Shown here piece after piece: positions 49,646 through 59,142 of a stretch of DNA of 64,000 bases. The number at the start of each line of letters is the position of its first letter. The first letter of the stretch is position 1. The DNA is taken from positions 832,001 to 896,000 of the forward strand of contig OZ253580.1 in the NCBI GenBank assembly GCA_965263035.1. Direction: 5' to 3'. Origin of the DNA: Acidobacteriota bacterium. GTDB taxonomy: Bacteria > Acidobacteriota > UBA6911 > RPQK01 > JAJDTT01. Below the pieces are notes generated by a model. The model did not search any database. It was not told the origin of the DNA and worked only from the letters and a program-made list of their open reading frames with translations. Position numbers and translations under genes: made by a program.

Positions 49646-52024
49646 TCAGTTGCCGGACGAAATGACTTTCCGAATTCGCTTCAATGCCGCAAGAGAGCTT
49701 CCCACTTCACCTCCGGAGGGATGGAGTGTCTCAGTCCCAAACTGGTTGCGAACGAACACTTCGAGGCGCTCGCTCTGGACCCGTATCAACTCCCTTTGGA
49801 CCTCTTTTGCCTTGCCAGGCGTCATAATGAAATATGAGTGCAGGTTGGAAATAAGGTCTGCAAACCTCACTCCGAGCTGTACAGTCGACAACAGGTGCTC
49901 CAAGTCTGCCCTCGAATCCTCGTAGGGGCCAGTCACTCTGAGAGCGTTTTCCAGGAGCCTTTCTCCCTGCCGCGTGACTCGTTCCCACTTCCTCCAGCGA
50001 GATACGAGGCGCGAATGAAGATCGTCTACCGAAAGTTGGTGTTCCTTCATGAACTGCACTAGACGAACGTGTTCAATCTGTCGGCCCCAAGTCCTTCTAT
50101 CCACTGCAAGATTCCGCCACATGGCCGTGAGTGGATAGAGCCTGGGCCACATTCTCGGCGGCGTCTCATCGGCGGAGGCTTCCTCAAAGAGGGTGTTGAA
50201 ACGCACCATCGAGGGTGCCGCTTTCTCACCGTAGAGGCGGATGCAAGCCCGCTCGAGCAATCCTCCCTGTCCAAAGATCTCCTCCGGCCAAACTCGATTG
50301 TGTTGAAGGTCCAGCCGGATCGTCATCGCCGTCTCGTAGGACTTGGGGTCCCTGTAAAACCCAGTGGACTGAACGTTCCAACTGTATTCGGCGTCGATCC
50401 ACTGGAGCGGTTCCTGATTGAACCCGTTCCCGCCGTCATAGATGGTGCCGGCTCCCAAAAACGCGGCGTTCAAAGCCGGAGAGGAGACAACGGGATAGTC
50501 GTTGTAAAAATAGTTTGCACCACTACAGAAGAACATGAACATTTTGAATGGCCGGTCCGCCCTTTCCATCGCTTGGTTATAGTCGTCGACAAATCTCCTG
50601 GCCGTATCCTGCTGCGGAAAGATCTCGCGGAATCCGATCTGAATGTTTCTTGATGCCGGCAACAAACGCGCAGTCTCTTCCCATAGTTCAACAACATTCT
50701 CCCAATCCGCCGGAGATCGGGAGTCCGTTATGTAGACCGGGGAAATTGGGACGACTATACAGTCGCGCGATGCATCGTAACCGGTGTCGGGATTCTTGAC
50801 GCTGAAGACGGCTTCGATCAGCTCGCGGTATCCATGGGCCAGTCCGCCAGCTCCGCCATCCGGAGCCTTCAGGTCGTCGTTCGGCCAGCGGGCGCGGCAA
50901 CGGTCACATCGCTGCAGCCAGGAGCCCTGCGTGCCCTTGAATCCCCCAAAATCCTCGAAATGAATATAGAGCCCTCCAGGTTCTGTTTTCGCCACATAGT
51001 TTCGTAACTCTTCAGCTTTTAGCCGATTGAGGTCACTATTGGCCCGGCAGCTACCAGTGGTTCGAGGATTCATCCCTCCTTTTCTCGTCCTGGGAAATCC
51101 CATACATTCATAAACCTTCCCTTCGGGATAAGATTCCCGATTCAGGAAAAGCTTACCCAGATAAGGCGCTTCTTCGTAAAGAGGACCGCCCTGGTAGCTC
51201 ATGCCATAGCTTGCGCCGTACCCGCCGGTGACCAAATGGATTCCCCGCTGACGGGCATACTGGTTCAGTTCCTGCATCAGCGCCGGGAATTCGGGGAACA
51301 GATCCGTGCCCCAGCCATATCCGTGAAACAGGACCATGTTGATTTTCTGTCGCAGGCAGAGGTCGAGCTTTCGTTTGATTCGTTTCGAATAGGCCTCGAT
51401 CCCGTCACCCCAGTCATAGCTCCAACGATCGATTTCAACGTTCATCAACCAGTCGGCAGCCAGCCTGTATTCGAAATCGGGATGGTCCCTGATCTGACAA
51501 CCTTCAATTTGGATTTCACCGGCCGCGCCTTTGATCAACTGCGTCAGAGACACGGCTGCGTAGAGCACACCCTGGCCTCCGGAACCAATCAAGTAAATGC
51601 TTCGATTGGCTGGATCGACCCAGAGCACATATTCTTGGCCGGTTGCGCTTGGGGAGCTCAAAAGCTCGCGGTCACTGAAACTCAATACCTCACGCCGGTC
51701 CGAGTCACCTGGGCGTGTCCAGTCGGCATAGGACGCAAGCAGGACCTTCAAATCACCGCCTGATTGTTGTTCCAACAAGCCGTAACGGTGCGGTGTGATC
51801 TCCACTTCCGCGTCCCGTAGGGCCTCGTCGATCAAGCCGACGGCGATTTCCAGCTTTTCGGACGGCGCATCGGGCAAAAGGTAGTCGACCGTAATTTCCC
51901 CACTGAGGGAGATAGCGCCATGCGTCCGCTGAAAATCTTGAGGCGTCGGCAAAACGCCTGAATCTTCTCCGTAAAGGACGATCGTGGGGGTAAACAGGAA
52001 CAGAATGAGAACGACTTGCCTCAT
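49646..52024 (-). CDS. Uncharacterised GH-like protein (paralog 2)
   Basis: VLPTPQ, GVLYAAVSLTQL, IRDHPDFEYR, YIHFED, CDRC; GGAGG RBS and a signal peptide at the ATG at 52024. Confidence 0.75.
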   Translation of the reverse strand: MRQVVLILFLFTPTIVLYGEDSGVLPTPQDFQRTHGAISLSGEITVDYLLPDAPSEKLEIAVGLIDEALRDAEVEITPHRYGLLEQQSGGDLKVLLASYADWTRPGDSDRREVLSFSDRELLSSPSATGQEYVLWVDPANRSIYLIGSGGQGVLYAAVSLTQLIKGAAGEIQIEGCQIRDHPDFEYRLAADWLMNVEIDRWSYDWGDGIEAYSKRIKRKLDLCLRQKINMVLFHGYGWGTDLFPEFPALMQELNQYARQRGIHLVTGGYGASYGMSYQGGPLYEEAPYLGKLFLNRESYPEGKVYECMGFPRTRKGGMNPRTTGSCRANSDLNRLKAEELRNYVAKTEPGGLYIHFEDFGGFKGTQGSWLQRCDRCRARWPNDDLKAPDGGAGGLAHGYRELIEAVFSVKNPDTGYDASRDCIVVPISPVYITDSRSPADWENVVELWEETARLLPASRNIQIGFREIFPQQDTARRFVDDYNQAMERADRPFKMFMFFCSGANYFYNDYPVVSSPALNAAFLGAGTIYDGGNGFNQEPLQWIDAEYSWNVQSTGFYRDPKSYETAMTIRLDLQHNRVWPEEIFGQGGLLERACIRLYGEKAAPSMVRFNTLFEEASADETPPRMWPRLYPLTAMWRNLAVDRRTWGRQIEHVRLVQFMKEHQLSVDDLHSRLVSRWRKWERVTRQGERLLENALRVTGPYEDSRADLEHLLSTVQLGVRFADLISNLHSYFIMTPGKAKEVQRELIRVQSERLEVFVRNQFGTETLHPSGGEVGSSLAALKRIRKVISSGN

Positions 52025-52356
52025 CGCAATGCCTCCATCTGATTCGTTTTTCCGGGGCATTGGCAGAAATCGAGGAACTGCCCCACCAACGAGATTTCCC
52101 ACCAAGATAGACTGGGGCCCAAGGGAAGTCCACTCAGCTATTGGATGTCCTGGATGACGACACCCGGGCGCGGCTGGCAATTGGAGTTGATAAGCGGATG
52201 AATCGGAAAAGAATTCAGGATCCGTTACCGAAGTGGTTCGTGGATGCGAGTGTACCGGAGTCCATTCGGTCAGGTCAGGTATCTGGGATCACGGTGGACT
52301 TCACTCGGTCCCCGGTCTATCTTAGTTGGTAGTTTTGTCATTGAGGGCAGATCACG

Positions 52357-53469
52357 GTGACAATTAAGTCTTGCGTTTGCAAACTCTTGCAACTAGGGAT
52401 CGTCTTCCCCGCCATACTCGTCGGGAACTTATCCGCTACGGACGTACGCGTAGATGCCCTGGCCAACGAGGTGCAGGACAAAGGGTGGATCATTTACAGC
52501 GCCCGCACGGAGAGCGGCGATTGGGACCTTTACATGAGCCGTCCGGACGGCAGTCAGCGACTCAATCTGACAAATTCACCTGATCGGCACGAAATGGGAG
52601 CACGGTTCTCCCCAGATGGGAAAAAACTGCTCTACCGCCGGCTGGCCGTGGGCTCGACCTTTCACCATCTCAACTGGGGCCTTCAAGGTTCTCTCGTCAT
52701 GGCTCATTCCGATGGGAGCAACGCGGTTGAGTTGGGCGGCCGAGGTGACTACCCGTGGGCCTCGTGGAGTCCGGACGGAAAGAAGATCGCCTGCTTGTAC
52801 AAGGATGGGATCAGGATCCATGACGTCGAGACCGGATCTGTGATGAGCAAGATGCCGCGCCAGGGCATCTACCAACAACTGTTCTGGTCCCCAGACGGCA
52901 CCATGGTGTGCGGCCCGGCAAATCGACGAGGAGATGCCTGGGGCGTAGTGCAAATTGAGATCAATTCGGGGACGCTACACTCGATCAGTGGTCCAAGTTG
53001 TTGCACCGGTGACTGGTTTCCTGATTCTGGGCGTCTAATCTATTCTCACCGTCCTCCCAATCAAGAAGTTATGGACGGGGGTGGAATGGCTCACCGATCC
53101 GGTCAAAAGCTCGAACATGGGTGGACCCAACTCTGGATGGCTGACAAGACCGGGCAAAACCGAAGATTGGTCTACGGAGAGGATGGGCGTCATGTCTACG
53201 GTGGCTTGGTTTCGCCCGACGGGAACTACGTTCTCTTTACGCGATCCCCTGAAGAAGACCTCAAGGTGATGAGGTCACAAACAGATCAGACAGGCGTGCG
53301 TCGACAAGGCGCCGCTATGGCGCTGATGCGTTTGAGTGACGCTCCGACCATCGGTGGCGAAAGCAGAGCCTTGCGAAAACTGTACCCAGCCACCAAGGAT
53401 GGACCTGTCTTGCATCTGCCCGAATCCTGGGAGCCCCATTGGACCTATTCTGAAGTTAGACGGAAGTGA
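52357..53469 (+). CDS. TolB-like (PD40/WD40-like) beta-propeller protein
   Basis: FSPDGKKL, WSPDGKKI, WSPDG, WFPDSG, VSPDG repeats; signal peptide. Confidence 0.82.
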   Translation: MTIKSCVCKLLQLGIVFPAILVGNLSATDVRVDALANEVQDKGWIIYSARTESGDWDLYMSRPDGSQRLNLTNSPDRHEMGARFSPDGKKLLYRRLAVGSTFHHLNWGLQGSLVMAHSDGSNAVELGGRGDYPWASWSPDGKKIACLYKDGIRIHDVETGSVMSKMPRQGIYQQLFWSPDGTMVCGPANRRGDAWGVVQIEINSGTLHSISGPSCCTGDWFPDSGRLIYSHRPPNQEVMDGGGMAHRSGQKLEHGWTQLWMADKTGQNRRLVYGEDGRHVYGGLVSPDGNYVLFTRSPEEDLKVMRSQTDQTGVRRQGAAMALMRLSDAPTIGGESRALRKLYPATKDGPVLHLPESWEPHWTYSEVRRK

Positions 53470-53951
53470 GACCGTTAATAGCGCTTCCCTCCGGTGGACT
53501 TTCCTTCAGGTCCGGTCTCCTCCTGATGGCGCTGTCATTGGCTGCGTGCACCGGACCTCAACGATGTTCCGGAATCGATGCTGAAATCACCACCGCGGGA
53601 AGTGTGGAGATTACCGCCGAACTCTTGGAAATTCCCGGCAAGTTCCCGTCCAACGATCTCTACGACTATGCCTACATCCTGAAATACCAAATCCGAGCAG
53701 TCCATCGCGGGCAGGTCAGTTCCAAGAACATTCTGGTCGCCCACTACAATCCGCTGAAACCGCGTTCCGAGGCTGAGAATGAGTTCTCGGGTAAAGTGGG
53801 AGGCACCGTACGACGATTCAAGGAGGGAGACCTGCATCGCCTCGCATTGGAGGAGCCACTCGATGACCACTATATGGGGGGTGTGATCGACAAGTTCCAG
53901 GAAGTCGGTACTCGCTACTGGTCGGTCTGGGCCAACCTCGTGATCGAATAG
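53466..53951 (+). CDS. Hypothetical lipoprotein
   Basis: LSLAAC lipobox; GTGA overlap with the upstream gene; stop abuts the MBOAT start. Confidence 0.75.
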   Translation: MRPLIALPSGGLSFRSGLLLMALSLAACTGPQRCSGIDAEITTAGSVEITAELLEIPGKFPSNDLYDYAYILKYQIRAVHRGQVSSKNILVAHYNPLKPRSEAENEFSGKVGGTVRRFKEGDLHRLALEEPLDDHYMGGVIDKFQEVGTRYWSVWANLVIE

Positions 53952-55355
53952 TTGGTTTTCACTTCTCATATCTTTGTTTTCTATTTCTTGCCTCTCGTCC
54001 TATTCAGCTACTGGCTGATACCGCCCCGGTTCCGCAACCTCTTTCTGATCTTCGTCAGTTATCTGTTCTACGGATGGTGGAAGCCGTGGTTCGTGGTGTT
54101 GATGCTCGCATCGACCATCGTGGACTTTCTGTGCGGCAAGACCATCTCGAACCCGGCCATCTCGGAACGGGGAAAAACCGCGGCGCTGGTGTGTTCGATC
54201 ACCGCCAACCTGGGGCTACTGGGGTTTTTCAAGTACTACATGTTCGCCGGCGAGAATTTGAACTACCTGCTGAATCTGGTTGGATCCGAGACCTTTTCAA
54301 TCCTCCATATCACGCTTCCGATCGGCATTTCTTTCTACACCTTCCAATCCATGAGCTACACGATCGACGTCTACCGAGGTCGTGCGCCAGCAGTCCGGTC
54401 GTTTACCGATCTCGCGTGCTTCGTTAGTCTCTTCCCACAACTAATTGCCGGGCCGATCGTACGCTACCGCACGATTGCCGCCCAACTGGTGCGGCGGACT
54501 CACAACTCGGAGAGGCTCGCTTCCGGGGCCTCCCTTTTCATTCTCGGGTTCTCCAAAAAGATACTGTTGGCAAATCCGATCGGCGCCATTGCCGATGCTG
54601 TGTTCCTGGCCGAATCTGCGGGAGCTTTGGAAGCCTGGTTCGGCGTCACAGCCTACGCTTTCCAGATCTACTTCGACTTCTCAGGCTACTCAGACATGGC
54701 TCTCGGCCTGGGACGCATCTTGGGCTTTGACTTCCCCAAGAATTTTGCCTCTCCCTATCGCGCCGAAAGCATTACCGAGTTCTGGAGACGGTGGCATATC
54801 TCGCTCTCTACGTTCCTGCGAGATTACCTGTACATCCCACTGGGTGGAAATCGGAAGGGTCCCTCCCGCACCTATGTCAATCTAATGATCGTCATGCTGG
54901 TCGGGGGGCTTTGGCATGGGGCCGGCTGGACCTTTCTGGTGTGGGGAGCCTACCACGGAGCCCTGCTGGGTCTGGAGAGATTAAACGGCAAGGGCAGTTT
55001 CTATGCTTTCCTGCCTGTTCCCGCCAGAAAGGGCGCTACTTTTGTTCTCGTTCTTATCTCGTGGGTCCTCTTTCGCGCCTCAAACCTTGGCCAGGCGGGA
55101 GATTATCTCGGCTTCATGTTCGGTTTCCATTCCCAACAGGTTTCAACGGCGCTACTTTCGGCCCAGATCTTCACTCCGGCCAATGTTCTCATCTTAGCCG
55201 TCGCAGGCGTGTTCGCCTTCGGCCCCGCCGAGGCCGAACCGTGGACCCGCCGTCTTTCCTGGCCAAAAATCATGGCCATACTTTCCCTTTTTCTGGGTTC
55301 CCTGATGGTGATGTCCGCCCAGACCTTCAATCCTTTCCTCTATTTTCAATTTTGA
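53952..55355 (+). CDS. MBOAT O-acyltransferase (AlgI/PatA/DltB family)
   Basis: LPIGISFYTFQ, FPQLIAGPI, QIYFDFSGYSDMA, FWRRWHISLS..RDYLYIPLGGNR, GLWHGA, PFLYFQF. Confidence 0.95.
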   Translation: MVFTSHIFVFYFLPLVLFSYWLIPPRFRNLFLIFVSYLFYGWWKPWFVVLMLASTIVDFLCGKTISNPAISERGKTAALVCSITANLGLLGFFKYYMFAGENLNYLLNLVGSETFSILHITLPIGISFYTFQSMSYTIDVYRGRAPAVRSFTDLACFVSLFPQLIAGPIVRYRTIAAQLVRRTHNSERLASGASLFILGFSKKILLANPIGAIADAVFLAESAGALEAWFGVTAYAFQIYFDFSGYSDMALGLGRILGFDFPKNFASPYRAESITEFWRRWHISLSTFLRDYLYIPLGGNRKGPSRTYVNLMIVMLVGGLWHGAGWTFLVWGAYHGALLGLERLNGKGSFYAFLPVPARKGATFVLVLISWVLFRASNLGQAGDYLGFMFGFHSQQVSTALLSAQIFTPANVLILAVAGVFAFGPAEAEPWTRRLSWPKIMAILSLFLGSLMVMSAQTFNPFLYFQF

Positions 55356-55362
55356 GACGTCC

Positions 55363-56523
55363 ATGGTGAAACTGAAATATCGATTTCTGGTGACGACATT
55401 TTTCGCCGTGATCGGCTTTGTTCCCGTATCTCAGGTCGTGTTCGAGTTGACACAGGGTGATCGACCTGTCGTCGCGGAATTGGTGTTGAACCTGCCTACC
55501 GAGCAGCACCTCAGAGAGGTCGAGAGCGAAATCGAGGAAACCTCCTGGTTTATCCGAAACTCCCGCTCCTTGGTGCAGCGCATCTGGTTCCGACTGTCGG
55601 GGCAACCCGGCGAAAATATCTTGGTCGGGCTCGATGGCTGGCTGTTCTATCTTCCCACAGTCCGTTTCCTGGTCGAACCCTTCCCACCCGGCAAGGATCG
55701 GCAATCCCACTTCCATGATCCCTTGGCCGCCATCACCGACTTTCATCGGCAGTTGGCCGGCCGCGGAATCCAACTGTTGGTGGTACCGGTCCCCGGCAAA
55801 GCCAGCATCTATCCCGAACGGGTCAGCTCCCGTGCCGATCCCGAGAAAATCGCGGATTCCTCGCATACGCTGGAGTTCATCTCCCAATTGAACAACGCGG
55901 GGATACCAACGATCGATCTCTTTGAGATATTCCACCAGGAGCGTCGGCGGGACCGTTCAACCAACGTAGAGCACTTCTATCTCTCGCAAGACACGCATTG
56001 GACGCCGGAGGGTGCCGGATTGGCCGCTCAAGCCGTTGCGCAGGGAGTCTTGAGAGAGGGTTGGGTGACCGCAGGTTCGAAAGAATACGCTCAAAAGCCG
56101 TTTACAGTGGCACGCCGCAGCGACATTCTCAGAATGGCGCGTTCACCATCGATCGAAAGGCTCTTTCCTCCCCAGGAAGTCACCTGCCAGCAGGTGTTCG
56201 AATCGGACACCGGAAACCTCTACCAGGACGATCTCGATTCCCCGGTGCTCGTCCTCGGGGACAGCTTCTTGAGGATCTACCAGACTGACAATCCCAAAGC
56301 GGCGGGCTTTCTGGCGCATCTCGCCAAGAACCTGAGACGTCCGGTCGCTTCGATCGTCAACGACGGAGGCGCGTCCACGTTGGTCCGACAGCAGTTGAGC
56401 AGGAACCCCGACCTGCTGGAGGGCAAGAAACTAGTCGTTTGGGAATTTGTGGAGAGGGACTTGCGCTTCGGAATGGAGGGCTGGCAGAAGATTCCAATTC
56501 CTTCCACTTCGAGTCGCCGATGA
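55363..56523 (+). CDS. AlgJ/AlgX-like SGNH O-acetyltransferase
   Basis: N-terminal TM, GLDGWLFY, PGKASIYPE, DTHWT, VLGDSF, VVWEFVER. Confidence 0.9.
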   Translation: MVKLKYRFLVTTFFAVIGFVPVSQVVFELTQGDRPVVAELVLNLPTEQHLREVESEIEETSWFIRNSRSLVQRIWFRLSGQPGENILVGLDGWLFYLPTVRFLVEPFPPGKDRQSHFHDPLAAITDFHRQLAGRGIQLLVVPVPGKASIYPERVSSRADPEKIADSSHTLEFISQLNNAGIPTIDLFEIFHQERRRDRSTNVEHFYLSQDTHWTPEGAGLAAQAVAQGVLREGWVTAGSKEYAQKPFTVARRSDILRMARSPSIERLFPPQEVTCQQVFESDTGNLYQDDLDSPVLVLGDSFLRIYQTDNPKAAGFLAHLAKNLRRPVASIVNDGGASTLVRQQLSRNPDLLEGKKLVVWEFVERDLRFGMEGWQKIPIPSTSSRR

Positions 56524-56590
56524 ACGCCTGAGAAAACCTGGCCGGCGGTATCTCGTCTGATTCAAGTCAATGCACCCCAATTCGCCCCAT

Positions 56591-59080
56591 TCAGGGACTC
56601 ATCTCGCCCAGCTTATCCCGCATCACATCGATGTAGAACTGCCAGGATGACTGGTCTCCGCCACTTGGGTCTGTCATTTCGAAAGTAAAGTTCTCGTCCT
56701 TGAAGCTCTCCACATCAGCAACGAGGCGTTTCGACTCTTCCAGAGACTTGGTGACGGAATCGATGTCGGCTTCATGTTGGAATTGGTAGACACGAAAAAG
56801 CGCGGCTACAGCGGCCGAGAACCGGTACCCGAGTTCAAGGCGCTTGGAAAGGTGAATCAAGTCTTCTTTATTACCGGCCGTCAACTCGGCCACCTGAAGT
56901 GCGTTCGCGACATCCGCCGTCGCTTCTCGGGTCACTTCCGCACGCAGTCTCCAGATTCGCTCCAGTTTGCGATGGAGATCCTGAGTTGAGATGTCCGGAT
57001 CGCCACCAACGTTCCGCGCGAAATCAGCCAGAGTTTTCCCGATCTGGGTATCGGCCAGATTCTTCTCCCAGGTTCGTTGTGCATTGGCCAGGTTGTAGAA
57101 CATGGTGTTCATGGGGTAGATCTTGGACAGAGTCCAGCGGCCGTGGCCCTCCTGGTAATAGCCGGGAGAAGCGAATTCCCGCTGCTCTCGAGAGCGCCGG
57201 AAGTACTGATACATGTATCGACCCGCTTCGTCGCCATAGAGCTTGCGGCAGGCTTCACCCAGGAAACCTGATTCCGAAAAGATCTCTTCCGGCTCAACCA
57301 GATTCATCTGGTACTCCCGGAGACGACGCTCGGTTTCGACCTGTATGGTCGGCCGCAGGAAGAATTCCCGGGCCTTGAGATTCCACGCATACTCGGCATT
57401 CAGAAGTTGCTGCGGTTCCTGTGCGAAGGTGCCTGAAAAATTGTACAGCGTGGTGGCCCCTGCAAAACTGGCATTGCCAACCGGGGCTGCCATAAAGGTG
57501 GAATCGGAATTGTAGTAGTTGGCTCCCTCCACTACGAAAACATAACTGCCAAAATTCAAGTCCTGCTCACGCAGTTTCTCGTGCAGACGAAGAGGCCAAG
57601 TGTCCTCCGGCCCTTGGAACGGAAACATCTCACGAAACCCGCCTTGAACCCTGGGCCCCTGATGCCTGAGCTGCTTGAAGATGTTCACCCAGAGTTCCTG
57701 TACGTTGTTCCAATCCTGCCGCGCCGCTTCAATGGAGTCGTGATGGCGGGGTGTCTTCCCCACGCCGAAGGCCATATAGGAGGGTGAGATCAGGACTACG
57801 ATGCAGTCTCTGGAGGCATCATAGCCCGATTCCTCATTCTTGACCGAATAGATGGCGTCCAACAGCGTGTTGTACCCATGGGCAAGAGCTCCCGCCCCTC
57901 CGTCCACCTCCTTCAGATCGTCGTTGGGCCAGCGTTTCCGGCAGCCTTCATCGCGAACCTCCCATTCGACCTGAGTGTCCGGATAGTTGCTGAGATCCTC
58001 GTGGTGGATGTAAAGGGCACCGGGCTCAACGGCCCTCACAAAAGCAGCAAGTTCCTCCTGTTTGAGCCGGTTCAACTCTTCATTGCTGCGACAGGTTCCC
58101 AGGGTTCGCGGCGGGAAACGCTCGTTCTCATGGGCCATGCCGATACATGAGTAGATCTCCCCGTCCGGATAGGAACGGCGATTGTAAAAAAGTTTCCCAC
58201 GGTAGGCAGGGGTGTTGAAGAAGCCCTGATAGGTTCCCAACCCGTAACCAGCCCCATATCCCCCGAAGAACAAGTGGATACCGCGCTCTCTGGCATACCG
58301 ATTGATGGACCGCATCAGAGCAGCGTACTCCGGTTCCAGAGTCCACCCGAAACCGTCAAAGGTCACTGCGTTGATCTTGTATTTCAGGCAGAAGTCGAGT
58401 TTTCTCTGGATCCGCCGGAGGAAGTTGGCCTGACCGTCTCCATAGTCATATCCCCAGCGATTGCCTTCCACGTTCTGCAACCAGTCCGCCGCCTCGCGGT
58501 ATTTGATATCCGGAAAGTCGCGGATGTGAACTCTTGCCAATTCCAAGCGGCCGGAACGGGATTCCAACAACTGAATCAGGGTAGCCGCCGCATAGAGGGC
58601 TCCTTGATCGGTGCTGCCCACCAGAAACGCGTCTCGTTCTGCGATTCGAATGACGTAACTCTGTTCCGTTTCTGCAGCATCGCGGAGAACGCTGATGTCT
58701 TCGCTGTCCAGATTCACCGCGTCCGACAGGGCAACTTGGTCGTCTCGCCAAACTTGGAAACGAATGGTCAAAGCGGCATCTTCAGCCGTGTTCGCGGATT
58801 GCCCAGCAGATGCCAGGCCGTCCGTACCTGACAATTCAGCAAGCCGTTCCCGTACGAGTTGAGCAGCCAACTGCAGTTTGGGGGATGGGTTATCAGGTAG
58901 CACGAAGGCGACGCTGCCTGGGCGTTCAGGGATCAGAACGGGATCGCCGGCCACAACCATCGATTGTGGGTCCGGGATCACATAGGGCAGCCGAGCCGAA
59001 ACGTCGTCGGAAGACCGACAGCTCTGGGCCAGCATCAGCCCCATTCCCACGGCCACTGCGAGAAATATTCTCTGGGACAT
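56591..59080 (-). CDS. Uncharacterised GH-like protein (paralog 3, lipoprotein)
   Basis: LAQSC lipobox; VIPDPQ, IRDFPDIKYR, YIHHED, DEGC. Confidence 0.75.
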   Translation of the reverse strand: MSQRIFLAVAVGMGLMLAQSCRSSDDVSARLPYVIPDPQSMVVAGDPVLIPERPGSVAFVLPDNPSPKLQLAAQLVRERLAELSGTDGLASAGQSANTAEDAALTIRFQVWRDDQVALSDAVNLDSEDISVLRDAAETEQSYVIRIAERDAFLVGSTDQGALYAAATLIQLLESRSGRLELARVHIRDFPDIKYREAADWLQNVEGNRWGYDYGDGQANFLRRIQRKLDFCLKYKINAVTFDGFGWTLEPEYAALMRSINRYARERGIHLFFGGYGAGYGLGTYQGFFNTPAYRGKLFYNRRSYPDGEIYSCIGMAHENERFPPRTLGTCRSNEELNRLKQEELAAFVRAVEPGALYIHHEDLSNYPDTQVEWEVRDEGCRKRWPNDDLKEVDGGAGALAHGYNTLLDAIYSVKNEESGYDASRDCIVVLISPSYMAFGVGKTPRHHDSIEAARQDWNNVQELWVNIFKQLRHQGPRVQGGFREMFPFQGPEDTWPLRLHEKLREQDLNFGSYVFVVEGANYYNSDSTFMAAPVGNASFAGATTLYNFSGTFAQEPQQLLNAEYAWNLKAREFFLRPTIQVETERRLREYQMNLVEPEEIFSESGFLGEACRKLYGDEAGRYMYQYFRRSREQREFASPGYYQEGHGRWTLSKIYPMNTMFYNLANAQRTWEKNLADTQIGKTLADFARNVGGDPDISTQDLHRKLERIWRLRAEVTREATADVANALQVAELTAGNKEDLIHLSKRLELGYRFSAAVAALFRVYQFQHEADIDSVTKSLEESKRLVADVESFKDENFTFEMTDPSGGDQSSWQFYIDVMRDKLGEMSP

Positions 59081-59142
59081 CGCCTGATCTCCTCCTATAG
59101 GAGCAGACCGCCACAGCGGTCACCGAGGATCTGCTCAGGTGT

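Noticed and set aside
52357-53469. tolB of the Tol-Pal system
   Set aside because: Only the propeller repeats are present, with no TolB N-domain and no tolQRA or pal neighbours.
53952-56523. Alginate biosynthesis or dlt operon
   Set aside because: No synthase, epimerase, export genes, DltA or carrier protein; only the acetyl-transfer pair is present.
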